Below, one piece after another: positions 19,501 to 33,462 of a DNA stretch of 64,000 nucleotides. The notes under the pieces were generated by a model. It had not been told where the DNA came from and ran no database searches. It worked only from the letters and a program-made list of their open reading frames with translations. The position numbers and the translations under genes are program-made. This DNA is from Nemertoderma westbladi. Lineage: Eukaryota; Animalia; Xenacoelomorpha. The first letter of the stretch is position 1; each line of letters starts with the position of its first letter. The stretch lies in assembly GCA_032718475.1 (NCBI GenBank), contig JAUCBJ010008523.1, forward strand, positions 5,946-69,945, written 5' to 3'.

Positions 19501-19828
19501 GAAAAGAAGTGGGGGTGTTGGGGACGATAGCCCCCAAGAAAATAAGTGGGGGTGTTGGCGACGATATCCCCCAAGAAAAGAAGTGGGGGTATTGGGGAAG
19601 ATAGCCCCCAAGAAAAGAAGTGGGGGTGTTGGGGACGATTGCCCCCAAGAAAAGAAGTGGGGGTGTTGGGGACGATAGCCCACAAGAAAAGAAGTGGGGG
19701 TGTTGGGGACGATAGCCCCCAAGAAAAGAAGTGGGGGTGTTGGGGACGATAGCCCCCAAGAAAAGAAGTGGGGGTGTTGGGGACGATAGCCCCCAAGAAA
19801 AGAAGTGGGGGTTTTGGGGACGATAGCC
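13508..19828. repeat. 37-bp G-rich minisatellite, array 2 (~170 units)
   Basis: Same unit as array 1, highly homogeneous, with recurring point variants. Confidence 0.98.
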
Positions 19829-20311
19829 TTTATGTTATACTGTTACCCTTTACTCATAGCCATAGATCATTTTAGGCATATTGATTCTGAAAAAACCGAG
19901 AAGACCCTATAATAGTCAATGTGGTCCAGTCTGAATGAATACAAAGGTTTTCTTCACATAATGTTAATATTGGTGCTTTAAGGTACTTGTAGCTCATTCA
20001 CATTTGACTTAAGACATATATATGTGAAGTCATTGCATTTTACTCATAGCCAGACATCTATCATATTAAAGTTATTAATCAAACGGCAAGCCGACTTCAG
20101 GGCGCGACAATGCATTTCGTGTACTGACTGAGAAATAAAGGAGTTTCTTTACGCCCGACTCTATCTGTTTTATTATACAATCCAATTAATTTCTCCCACA
20201 AGGGGCATCATCAGGGAAATAAACTAAAAAAACAGAAATACCGCACAAGGTATGTAAGATGAGGAAGACTTGTAAGTATGGCTTGGAGTATAATATATAA
20301 ACCTAAAATGG
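19829..20311. repeat. Duplicated unique tail after the 37-bp array, copy 2
   Basis: Matches 10194-10664 and 43092-43572, and diverges after AACCTAAAATGG. Confidence 0.93.
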
Positions 20312-21353
20312 TCAAAACAAGGCGAAATGCTTCTCTATCTCAAATATGAAATTTTTAAACACTTTTGTAACGTACTGACTTGGCAATGCACTTAATAAAT
20401 TAATTGCATTTAAATCTTATATCTCACAACTTTCCATATACATAATGTCCTCAAATATTTGGTAATAGACATTATTTTTAGGTATTAGGGAACTTTAAAC
20501 AAGAAAAGCATAAATTTCTTTCAACATTCTCGAGACGTGAAAGAATGTAGTCTTACTTTGCATTGTTAGCAATACGCCATTTTATTCTTTTTATAAAATA
20601 AAATTGGCTACTTTTACTAAATTACTTTATTGCTTGATATTGTTGCTTGATCCTGTAATATAAAAATATGAACCATTTATTACAATACCTTTTAAAACAA
20701 ATAATATTTTATCCCTTATCATCCATCCCTAAGAAATTTCGTTCTAAAAAACTGCCTATTTCACCGCCCGTAAATATCCGCTATTTTTATGAAAATATTA
20801 TGTTGCCTTTGTTTCACCTTCCTTCCATACATGTAGATATGTAGGAATAAAGACCATTCTATCTTTATTCGTAAAATTTCGATGCTAAATATCACAAGAA
20901 CGGATCAAAACACTTTGATAGTTGTATTCCACAGAAAGTTCATAAGCCTAGTTTCAATTTAGTAATACAAAGGTTTTCTTCACATGATATTATATTGACT
21001 TAATGCACACATAAAGGTTGCATACAGAGCTCCGAATGCCAATAAGTGCCCATGTGAATAATACCAGGTCCTCCAAAGCCAGCTGGCTATGCTTTGCATA
21101 TATTCTATGCTTAATATGCATTCTAGAATATTGTACTGCCATTCCGTTTGTCTATTTTGGAAGCAGGCTGGAAATATATCTCTCACATACATAGTAAAGT
21201 TGCAGTTTGTAGACGGATTTATTGTTCACTCCGAATTATTGTAATTAATTTGGTAAGATCTTACCTAATGGTAAGAAGGTTGCAAGAGTTACTTTTTGCA
21301 AACCTGCAAGCATTGTTTATTAACAAAATCCAATGTATCTATATTTTTTCTAG

Positions 21354-21482
21354 TTTAACGAAGAAATTGACGACATAACGGATAATATTCCGTTGATATT
21401 GGGTGGCTCTGCTGCTCCTGATAAGCAACCGATCTGCACAAGCGATCTTGATCTGCTCGATGAACCCACCGCTGATAAGGAG
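21354..21482 (+). CDS. Repeated 129-nt phase 0-0 exon, copy 1 (FNEEIDDITDNIPLILGGSAAPDKQPICTSDLDLLDEPTADKE)
   Basis: TTTTTTCTAG acceptor and GAG|GTAAAT donor. Upstream are ATG|GTAAGA and an 83-nt intron (21271-21353). Confidence 0.55.
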
Positions 21483-23203
21483 GTAAATTTACACACTTAT
21501 ATTATTTTGATAATAAATTTAAATATTTAGTTGATGATTAATTGTGACATTTGTTTGTGTATGTCAGTCACAAAATTATTGCAATTATTAGCAGCTGCCA
21601 CAACATTTTGGTATTAGTTTGTGGCTGTCACAACATTACAACAATAATTGTTTGTGACTGTCACAACATTACGACAATAATTGTTTGTGGCTGTCACAAC
21701 ATTACGACAATAATTGTTTGTGGCTGTCACAACATTACTACAATTGTTTGTAGCTGTCACAAGATTGCGATAATTGTTTTTTGCTTTCACAACATTACGA
21801 CAATAATTGTTTGTGGCTGTCACAAAATCACTACAATTGTTTGTGGCTGTCACAAAACTACTACAATTGTTTGTGGCTGTCACAACATTGCGACAATAAT
21901 TGTTTGTGGCTGTCACAAAATTACTACAATTGTTAGTGGCTGTCACAAAATTACTACAATTGTTTGTGGCTGTCACAACATTACGATAATAATTGTTTGT
22001 GGCTGTCACAACATTACGACAATAATTGTTTGTGGCTGTAACAACATTACTACAATTGTTTGTAGCTGTCACAAGATTGCGATAATTGTTTTTTGCTTTC
22101 ACAACATTACGACAATAATTGTTTGTGGCTGTAACAACATTACGACAATTGTTTGTGGCTGTCACAAAATTACGACAATTGTATTGTAGCTGTCACAACA
22201 TTACGACAATTGTTTGTAGCTATCACAACATTCGGTTTGTAGCTGTCACAACATTACGACAATTGTTTGTAGCTATCACAACATTCGGACAATTGTTTGT
22301 GGCTGTCACAAAATTACTACAATTGTTTGTGGCTGTCACAACATTACGACAATTGTTTGTAGTTGTCACTACATTACGACAATTGTTTGTAGCTGTCACA
22401 ACATTCATACAATTGTTTGTTGCTGTCACAACATTTGTACGATTGTTTGTGGCTGTCACAACATTACGACAATTGTTTGTAGCTGTCACAGCATTCGTAC
22501 AATTGTTTGTGGCTGTCACAACATTGCGACAATTGTTTGTAGCTGACACAACATTACGACAATTGTTTGTTGCTGTCACAACATTACGACAATTGTTTGT
22601 GGCTGTAACAACATTACGACAATTGTTTGTGGCTGTCACAACATTGCGACAATTGTTTGTAGCTGACACAACATTACGACAATTGTTTGTTGCTGTCACA
22701 ACATTACGACAATTGTTTGTGGCTGTAACAACTTTGCGACAATTGTTTGTGGCTGTCACAACATTACGACAATTGTTTGTTGCGACAATTGTTTGTGACT
22801 GTCACAACATTACGATATTTTTTGTGGCTGTCATAATATTGCGACAATTGTTTGTGGCTGTCACAATATTGCGACAATTGTTTTTGGCTGTCAAAACATT
22901 ACGACAATTGTTTGTGGCTGTCACAACATTCGGACAATTGTTTGTGGCTGTCACAACATTGCGACAAATGTTTGTAGCTGTCACAACATTCAGACAATTG
23001 TTTGTGGCTGTTACAAAATTACTACAATTGATTGTGGCTGTCACAATATTCCGAAGTTGTTTGTGACTGTCCCAACACAGTTAGTTTTAGCTGTGAGATT
23101 TTGTGTGTGAAACTACCATGGTAAGAGGTTTGCAAGAGTTACTTTTTGCAAACCTGCAAGCATTGTTTATTAACACAATCCAATGTATCTATATTTTTTC
23201 TAG

Positions 23204-23332
23204 TTTAACGAAGAAATTGACGTCATAACGGGTAATATTCCGTTGATATTGGGTGGCTCTGCTGCTCCTGATAAGCAACCGATCTACACAAGCGATCTTG
23301 ATCTGCTCGATGAACCCACCGCTGATAAGGAT
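23204..23332 (+). CDS. Repeated 129-nt exon, copy 2
   Basis: Same splice signals; D7V, D10G, C28Y and E43D relative to copy 1. Confidence 0.5.
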
Positions 23333-26300
23333 GTAAATTTACACACTTATATTATTTTGATGATAAATTTAAAAGTTTATTTGAAGATTAATTCTAATAT
23401 TACGGCAATTGTTTGTGGCTGTTACAACATTCCTGCAATTTTTGTGGCTGTCACAATATTACGACAATTGTTTGTAGCTGTCACAATATACGACAATTGT
23501 TTGTAGCTGTCACAATATTACGACAATTGTTTGTGGCTGTCGCAACATTACGACAATTGTTTGTGGCTGTCACAACATTGTGACAATTGATTGTGGCTGT
23601 CACAATATTACGACAATTGTTTGTAGCTGTCACAATATTACGACAATTGTTTGTAGCTGTCACAATATTACGGCAATTGTTTGTGGCTGTTACAACATTC
23701 CTGCAATTTTTGTGGCTGTCACAATATTACGACAATTGTTTGTAGCTGTCACAATATACGACAATTGTTTGTAGCTGTCACAATATTACGACAATTGTTT
23801 GTGGCTGTCGCAACATTACGACAATTGTTTGTGGCTGTCACAACATTGTGACAATTGATTGTGGCTGTCACAATATTACGACAATTGTTTGTAGCTGTCA
23901 CAATATTACGACAATTGTTTGTAGCTGTCACAATATTACGACAATTGTTTGTAGCTGTCACAATATTACGACAATTGTTTGTATCTGTCACAATATTACG
24001 ACAATTGTTTGTGGCTGTCGCAACATTACGACAATTGTTTGTGGCTGTCACAACATTGTGACAATTGATTGTGGCTGTCACAATATTACGACAATTCTTT
24101 GTGGCTGTCATTACATTGCGTCAATTGTTTGAGGCTGTCACAATATTGCTACAAGTGTTTGTGGTTGACACAACATTGCGACAATTGTTTGTGGCTGTCA
24201 CAACATTGTGACAATTGATTGTGGCTGTCAGAATATTGCGACACTTTTTTGTGGCTATCACAATATTACGACAATTGTTTGTGGCTGTCGCAACATTAGG
24301 ACAATTGTTTGTGGCTGTCACAACATTCGGACAATTGTTTGTGGCCGTCACAACATTACGACAATTGTTTGTGGTTGTCACAACATTACGACAATTGTTT
24401 GTGGCTGTCACAACATTCGGACAATTGTTTGTGGCCGTCACAACATTACGACAATTGTTTGTGGCTGTCACAATATTACGAAAATTGTTTGTGGCTGTCG
24501 CAAAATTACAACAATTGTTTGTGGCTGTCACAACATTCGGACAATTGTTTGTGGTCGTCACAACATTACGACAATTGTTTGTGGTTGTCACAACATTACG
24601 ACAATTTTTTGCGGCTGTCACAACAATCCGGCAATTGTTTGCGGCTGTCACAACATTCCGTAAATTGTTTGTAGCTATCACAACAATACGACTATTATTT
24701 GTGGCTGTCACACCATTACGACAATTGTTTGTGGCTGTCACAACATTCCGACAATTGTTTGCGGCTGTTACAATATTACGACAATTGTGTGTGGCTGTCA
24801 CAACGTTACGAAAATTGTTTTCTGCAGTCACAATATTCCGACAATTGTTTGCGGCTGTCACAATATTACGACAATTGTTTGTGGCTGTCAAAACATTACG
24901 ACAATTGTTTGTGGCTGTCAAAACCGAGCGATAATTGTTTGTGGCTGTCACAACCTTGCGACAATTGTTTGTGGCTGTCACAGCATTGCGACAATTTTTT
25001 GTGGCTATCACAACATTTCGACCATTGTTTGCGGCTGTCACAATATTACGACAATTGTTTGTGGCTGTCACAACATTAAGACATTTATTTGTGGCTGTCA
25101 CAACCTTGCGATAATTGTTTGTGGCTGTCACAACATTGCGACAATTTGTTGTGGCTGTCACAACATTTCGACAATTTTTTGTAGCTGTCACAACATTCCG
25201 GCAATTGTACGCGGCTGTCACAACATTACCACAATTGTTTGTAGCTGTCACAATACTGCGACAATTGTTTGTGGCTGTCTTAACATTCCGACAATTGTTT
25301 GTAGTTGTCCCGGTTACACGGCAGACTGCTACACTGCAGTTGTTTGTGGCTGATGCAGAATTCCTCCATTGTTTGTGCGTATCACAAAACTACAACATTT
25401 GTTTGTGGCTGTCACAACATTCCGGCATTTGTTTGCAACTGTTACAACATTCTGAAATTTTTTGGGACTGTCACAACATTACGACAATTTTTGTGGCTGT
25501 CACAATATTGCTACAATTGTTTGTGACTGTCACAATATTGCGACAATTGTTTGTGACTGTCACACCATTACGACAATTTTTTGTGGCTGTCAAAATATTG
25601 CGACAATTGTTTGTGGCTGTCACAATATTGAGACAATTGTTTGTGGCTGTCACAACATTACGACAATTGTTTGTGGCAGTCACAACATTACGACAATTGT
25701 TTGTGGCTTTCAAAACATTTCGAAAATTGTTTGTAGCTGTCACAACATTGCGACAATTGTTTGTGGCTGTCTCAACATTACGAAAATTGTTTGTAGCTGT
25801 CACAACATTGCGACAATTGTTTGTGGCTGTCTCAACATTACGAAAATTGTTTGTAGCTGTCCCGGTTGCACGGCATACTGCAACACAGCAGTTGTTCGTG
25901 GCTGATACAGAATTTCTCCATTGTTTGTGCGTATCACAAAACTACGACTATTGTTTGTGGCTGTCATAACATTCTGACAATTGTTTGCGGCTGTCAAAAC
26001 ATTCTGAAATTGTTTGTGACTGTCACGACATTACGACAAGTTTTTGTGGCTGTCACAATATTGCGACAATTGTTTGTGGCTGTCACAATATTGAGACAAT
26101 TGTTTGTGACTGTCACACCATTACGACAATTTTTTGTGGCTGTCAAAATATTGCGACAATTGTTTGTGGCTGTCACAATATTGAGACAATTGTTTGTGGC
26201 TGTCACAACATTACGACAATTGTTTGTGGCTTTCAAAACATTTCGAAAATTGTTTGTAGCTGTCACAACATTGCGACAATTGTTTGTGGCTGTCTCAACA

Positions 26301-27469
26301 TTACGAAAATTGTTTGTAGCTGTCACAACATTGCGACAATTGTTTGTGGCTGTCTCAACATTACGAAAATTGTTTGTAGCTGTCCCGGTTGCACGGCATA
26401 CTGCAACACAGCAGTTGTTCGTGGCTGATACAGAATTTCTCCATTGTTTGTGCGTATCACAAAACTACGACTATTGTTTGTGGCTGTCATAACATTCTGA
26501 CAATTGTTTGCGGCTGTCACAACATTCTGAAATTGTTTGTGACTGTCACGACATTACGACAAGTTTTTGTGGCTGTCACAATATTGCGACAATTGTTTGT
26601 GGCTGTCACAATATTGAGACAATTTTTTGTGGCTGTCACAACATTACGACAATTGTTTGTGGCTGTCACAACATTACGACAATTGTTTGTGGCTTTTAAT
26701 ACATTACAAAAATTGTTTGCAGCTGTCACAACATTGCGACAATTGTTTGTGGCTGTCTCAACATTACGAAAATTGTTTGTAGCTGTCCCGGTTGCACGGC
26801 ATACTGCAACACAGCAGTTGTTTGTGGCTGATACAGAATTTATCCATTGTTTGTGCGTATCACAAAACTACGACTATTGTTTGTGGTTGTCATAACATTC
26901 TGGCAATTGTTTGCGGCTGTCACAACATTCTGAAATTGTTTGTGACTGTCACAACATTACGACAATTATATGTGGCTGTCATAATATTGCGACAATTGGT
27001 TGTGGCTGTCACAATATTGCGACAATTGCTTGTGGCTGTCACAACATTACTACAATTGTTTGTGGCGTCACAACATTACGACAATTGTTTGTGTCTGTCA
27101 CAACATTCGGACAATTGTTTGTGGCTGTCACAACATTACGACAATTGTTTGTGGCTGTTACAACATTGCGACAATTGTTTGTGGCTGTCACAACATTCGG
27201 ATAATTGTTTGTGGCAGTCCCAACATTGCGACAAATGTTTGTGGCTGTCACAACATTCAGACAATTGTTTGTGGCTGTCACAAAATTACTACAATTGATT
27301 GTGGCTGTCACAATATTCGGAGAATTTTGTTAGTGTCCCAACACAGATAGTTTTAGCTGTGAGATTTTGTGTGTGAAACTACCATGGTAAGAGGTTTGCA
27401 AGAGTTACTCTTTGCAAACCTGCAAGCATTGTTTATTAACACAATCCAATGTATCTATATTTTTTCTAG

Positions 27470-27598
27470 TTTAACGAAGAAATTGACGACATAACGGATA
27501 ATATTCCGTTGATATTGGGTGGCTCTGCTGCTCCTGATAAGCAACCGATCTGCATAAGCGATGTTGATCTGCTCGATGACCTCACCGCTGATAAAGAG
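27470..27598 (+). CDS. Repeated 129-nt exon, copy 3
   Basis: Same splice signals; ICISDVDLLDDL variant. Confidence 0.5.
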
Positions 27599-29583
27599 GT
27601 AAATTTACACACTTATATTATTTTGATGATAAATTTAAAAGTTTATTTGAAGAATAATTCTAATATTACGGCAATTGTTTGTGGCTGTTACAACATTCCT
27701 GCAATTTTTGTGGCTGTCACAATATTACGACAATTGTTTGTAGCTGTCACAATATTACGACAATTGTTTGTAGCTGTCACAATATTACGACAATTGTTTG
27801 TGGCTGTCGCAACATTACGACAATTGTTTGTGGCTGTCACAACATTGTGACAATTGATTGTGGCTGTCACAATATTACGACAATTGTTTGTAGCTGTCAC
27901 AATATTACGACAATTCTTTGTGGCTGTCATTACATTGCGTCAATTGTTTGAGGCTGTCACAATATTGCTACAATTGTTTGTGGTTGTCACAACATTGCGA
28001 CAATTCTTTGTGGCTGTCACAACATTGTGACAATTGATTGTGGCTGTCAGAATATTGCGACAATTATTTGTGGCTGTCGCAACATTACGACAATTGTTTG
28101 TGGCTGTCACAACATTCGGACAATTGTTTGTGGCCATCACAACATTACGACAATTTTTTGTGGCTGTCACAATATTATGACAATTGTTTGTGGCTCTCAC
28201 AACATTCGGACAATTGTTTGTGGCCGTCACAACATTACGACAATTGTTTGTGGTTGTCACAATATTACGACAATTCTTTGTGGCTGTCATTACATTGCGT
28301 CAATTGTTTGTGGCTGTCACAATATTGCAACAATTGTTTGTGGCTGTCACATTATTGAGACAATTGTTTGTGGCTGTCACAACATTACGACAATTGTTTG
28401 TGGCTGTCACAACATTACGACAATTGTTTGTGGCTTTCAAAACATTACGAAAATTGTTTGTAGCTGTAACAACATTGCGACAATTGTTTGTGGCTGTCTC
28501 AACATTACGAAAATTGTTTGTAGATGTCACAACATTGCGACAATTGTTTGTGGCAGTCTCAACATTACAAAAATTGTTTGTAGCTGTCCCGGTTGCACGG
28601 CATATTGCAACACAGCAATTGTTGGTTCTGATACAGAATTTCTCCATTGTTTGTGCGTATCACAAAACTACGACTATTGTTTGTGGCTGTCATAACATTC
28701 TGACAATTGTTTGCGGCTGTCACAACATTCTGAAATTGTTTGTGACTGTCACGACATTACGACAATTTTTTGTGGCTGTCACAATATTGCGACAATTGTT
28801 TGTGGCTGTCACAATATTGAGACAATTGTTTGTCGTTGTCACAACATTACGACAATTGTTTGTGGCTTTCAAAACATTACGAAAATTGTTTGTAGCTGTC
28901 ACAACATTTCGACAATTGTTTATGGCTGTCTCAACATTACGAAAATTGTTTGTAGCTGTCCCGGTTGCACGGCATACTGCAACACAGCAGTTGTTCGTGG
29001 CTGATACAGAATTTCTCCATTGTTTGTGCGTATCACAAAACTACGACTATTGTTTGTGGCTGTCATAACATTCTGGCAATTGTTTGCGGCTGTCACAACA
29101 TTCTGAAATTGTTTGTGACTGTCACAACATTACGACAATTTTTTGTGGCTGTCACAATATTGCGACAATTGCTTGTGGCTGTCACAACATTACTACAATT
29201 GTTTGTGGCTGTCACAACATTACGACAATTGTTTGTGGCTATCACAACATTCGGACAATTGTTTGTGGCTGTTACAACATTGCGACAATTGTTTGTGGCT
29301 GCCACAACATTCGGAAAATTGTTTGTGGCAGTCCCAACATTGCGACAAATGTTTGTGGCTGTCACAACATTCAGACAATTGTTTGTGGCTGTCACAAAAT
29401 TACTACAATTGATTGTGGCTGTCACAATATTCGGAAAATTTTGTTAGTGTCCCAACACAGTTAGTTTTAGCTCTGAGATTTTGTGTGTGAAACTACCATG
29501 GTAAGAGGTTTGCAAGAGTTACTTTTTGCAAACCTGCAAGCATTGTTTATTAACACAATCCAATGTATCTATATTTTTTCTAG

Positions 29584-29712
29584 TTTAACGAAGAAATTGA
29601 CGACATAACGGATAATATTCCGTTGATATTGGGTGGCTCTGCTGCTCCTGAAAAGCAACCGATCTGCACAAGCGATCTTGATCTGCTCGATGAACCCACC
29701 GCTGATAAAGAG
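29584..29712 (+). CDS. Repeated 129-nt exon, copy 4
   Basis: Same splice signals; D23E variant. Confidence 0.5.
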
Positions 29713-32700
29713 GTAAATTTACACACTTATATTATTTTGATGATAAATTTAAAAGTTTATTTGAAGATTAATTCTAATATTACGGCAATTGTTTGTGGCT
29801 GTTACAACATTTGGACAATTGTTTGTGGCCGTCACAACATTGTGACAATTGATTGTGGCTGTCACAATATTACGACAATTGTTTGTAGCTGTAACAATGT
29901 TACGACAATTGTTTGTGGCTGTCGCAACATTACGACAATGGTTTGTGGCTGTCACAACATTGTGACAATTGATTGTGGCTGTCACAATATTACGACAATT
30001 GTTTGTGGCTGTCACAACATTGTGACAATTGATTGTGGCTGTCACAATATTACGACAATTGTTTGTAGCTGTCACAATATTACGACAATTCTTTGTGGCT
30101 GTCATTACATGGCGTCAATTGTTTGAGGCTGTCACAATATTGCTACAATTGTTTGTGGTTGTCACAACATTGCGACAATTGTTTGTGGCTGTCACAACAT
30201 TGCGACAATTGTTTGTAGCTGTCACAACATTACGAAAATTATTTGTAGTTGTCACTACATTACGACAATTGTTTGTAGCTGTCACAACATTCGAATACAA
30301 TTGTTTGTTGCTGTCACAACATTTGTACGATCGATTGTTTGAGGCTGTCACAACATTACGACAATTGTTTGTAGCTGTCACAACATTCGTAAAATTGTTT
30401 GTGGCTGTCACAACATTACGACAATAATTGTTTGTGACTGTCACAACATTACGACAATAATTCTTTGTGGCTGTCACAACATTACGACAATAATTGTTTG
30501 TGGCTGTCACAACATTACGACAATAATTGTTTGTGGCTGTCACAACATTACTACAATTGTTTGTAGCTGTCACAAGATTGCAATAATTGTTTTTTGCTTT
30601 CACAACATTACGACAATAGTTGTTTGTGGCTGTCACAAAATTACTACAATTGTTTGTGGCTGTCACAAAATTACTACAATTGTTTATGGCTGTCACAACA
30701 TTGCGACAATTGTTTGTAGCTGTCACAACATTACGAAAATTATTTGTAGTTGTCACTACATTACGACAATTGTTTGTAGCTGTCACAACATTCGAATACA
30801 ATTGTTTGTTGCTGTCACAACATTTGTACGATCGATTGTTTGAGGCTGTCATAACATTACGACAATTGTTTGTAGCTGTCACAACATTCGTACAATTGTT
30901 TGTGACTGTCACGACATTACGACAAGTTTTTGTGGCTGTCACAATATTGCGACAATTGTTTGTGGCTGTCACAATATTGAGACAATTTTTTGTGGCTGTC
31001 ACAACATTACGACAATTGTTTGTGGCTGTCACAACATTACGACAATTGTTTGTGGCTTTTAATACATTACAAAAATTGTTTGCAGCTGTCACAACATTGC
31101 GACAATTGTTTGTGGCTGTCTCAACATTACGAAAATTGTTTGTAGCTGTCCCGGTTGCACGGCATACTGCAACACAGCAGTTGTTTGTGGCTGATACAGA
31201 ATTTATCCATTGTTTGTGCGTATCACAAAACTACGACTATTGTTTGTGGTTGTCATAACATTCTGGCAATTGTTTGCGGCTGTCACAACATTCTGAAATT
31301 GTTTGTGACTGTCACAACATTACGACAATTATATGTGGCTGTCATAATATTGCGACAATTGGTTGTGGCTCTCACAATATTGCGACAATTGCTTGTGGCT
31401 GTCACAACATTACTACAATTGTTTGTGGCTGTCACAACATTACGACAATTGTTTGTGTCTGTCACAACATTCGTACAATTGTTTGTGGCTGTCACAACAT
31501 TACGACAATAATTGTTTGTGACTGTCACAACATTACGACAATAATTCTTTGTGGCTGTCACAACATTCCGACAATTGTTTGCGGCTGTTACAATATTACG
31601 ACAATTGTGTGTGGCTGTCACAACGTTAAGAAAATTGTTTTCTGCAGTCACAATATTCCGACAATTGTTTGCGGCTGTCACAATATTACGACAATTGTTT
31701 GTGGCTGTCAAAACATTACGACAATTGTTTGTGGCTGTCAAAACCGAGCGATAATTGTTTGTGGCTGTCACAACCTTGCGACAATTGTTTGTGGCTGTCA
31801 CAGCATTGCGACAATTTTTTGTGGCTATCACAACATTTCGACCATTGTTTGCGGCTGTCACAATATTACGACAATTGTTTGTGGCTGTCACAACATTACG
31901 ACAATTATTTGTGGCTGTTACAACCTTGCGATAATTGTTTGTGGCTGTCACAACATTGCGACAATTTGTTGTGGCTGTCACAACATTTCGACAATTTTTT
32001 GTAGCTGTCACAACATTCCGGCAATTGTACGCGGCTGTCACAACATTACGACAATTGTTTGTAGCTGTCACAATACTGCGACAATTGTTTGTGGCTGTCT
32101 TAACATTCCGACAATTGTTTGTAGTTGTCCCGGTTGCACAGCAGACTGCTACACTGCAGTTGTTTGTGGCTGATGCAGAATTCCTCCATTGTTTGTGCGT
32201 ATCACAAAACTACAACATTTGTTTGTGGCTGTCACAACATTCCGGCATTTGTTTGCAACTGTTACAACATTCTGAAATTTTTTGGGACTGTCACAACATT
32301 ACGACAATTTTTGTGGCTGTCACAATATTGCTACAATTGTTTGTAGCTGTCACAACATTGCGACAATTGTTTGCGGCTGTCACAACATTCTGAAATTGTT
32401 TGTGACTGTCACGACATTACGACAAGTTTTTGTGGCTGTCACAATATTGCGACAATTGTTTGTGGCTGTCACAATATTGAGACAATTTTTTGTGGCTGTC
32501 ACAACATTACGACAATTGTTTGTGGCTGTCACAACATTACGACAATTGTTTGTGGCTTTTAATACATTACAAAAATTGTTTGCAGCTGTCACAACATTGC
32601 GACAATTGTTTGTGGCTGTCTCAACATTACGAAAATTGTTTGTAGCTGTCCCGGTTGCACGGCATACTGCAACACAGCAGTTGTTTGTGGCTGATACAGA

Positions 32701-33333
32701 ATTTATCCATTGTTTGTGCGTATCACAAAACTACGACTATTGTTTGTGGTTGTCATAACATTCTGGCAATTGTTTGCGGCTGTCACAACATTCTGAAATT
32801 GTTTGTGACTGTCACAACATTACGACAATTATATGTGGCTGTCATAATATTGCGACAATTGGTTGTGGCTCTCACAATATTGCGACAATTGCTTGTGGCT
32901 GTCACAACATTACTACAATTGTTTGTGGCTGTCACAACATTACGACAATTGTTTGTGTCTGTCACAACATTCGGACAATTGTTTGTGGCTGTCACAACAT
33001 TACGACAATTGTTTGTGGCTGTTACAACATTGCGACAATTGTTTGTGGCTGTCACAACATTCGGATAATTGTTTGTGGCAGTCCCAACATTGCGACAAAT
33101 GTTTGTGGCTGTCACAACATTCAGACAATTGTTTGTGGCTGTCACAAAATTACTACAATTGATTGTGGCTGTCACAATATTCGGAGAATTTTGTTAGTGT
33201 CCCAACACAGTTAGTTTTAGCTGTGAGATTTTGTGTGTGAAACTACCATGGTAAGAGGTTTGCAAGAGTTACTCTTTGCAAACCTGCAAGCATTGTTTAT
33301 TAACACAATCCAATGTATCTATATTTTTTCTAG

Positions 33334-33462
33334 TTTAACGAAGAAATTGACGACATAACGGATAATATTCCGTTGATATTGGGTGGCTCTGCTGCTCCTG
33401 ATAAGCAACCGATCTGCATAAGCGATGTTGATCTGCTCGATGACCTCACCGCTGATAAAGAG
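33334..33462 (+). CDS. Repeated 129-nt exon, copy 5
   Basis: Same splice signals; copy-3 type. Confidence 0.5.

Noticed and set aside
13470-19796. Giant 1264-2076 aa ORFs (GAIVPNTPTSFLGGYRPQHPHFFSW...)
   Set aside because: All three minus frames are open because the 37-bp unit lacks stops. The unit length is not a multiple of 3, and indels are tolerated.
20980-21192. 70-aa minus-strand ORF as an exon
   Set aside because: An acceptor-like site is present, but there is no recognisable protein and no partner exons.
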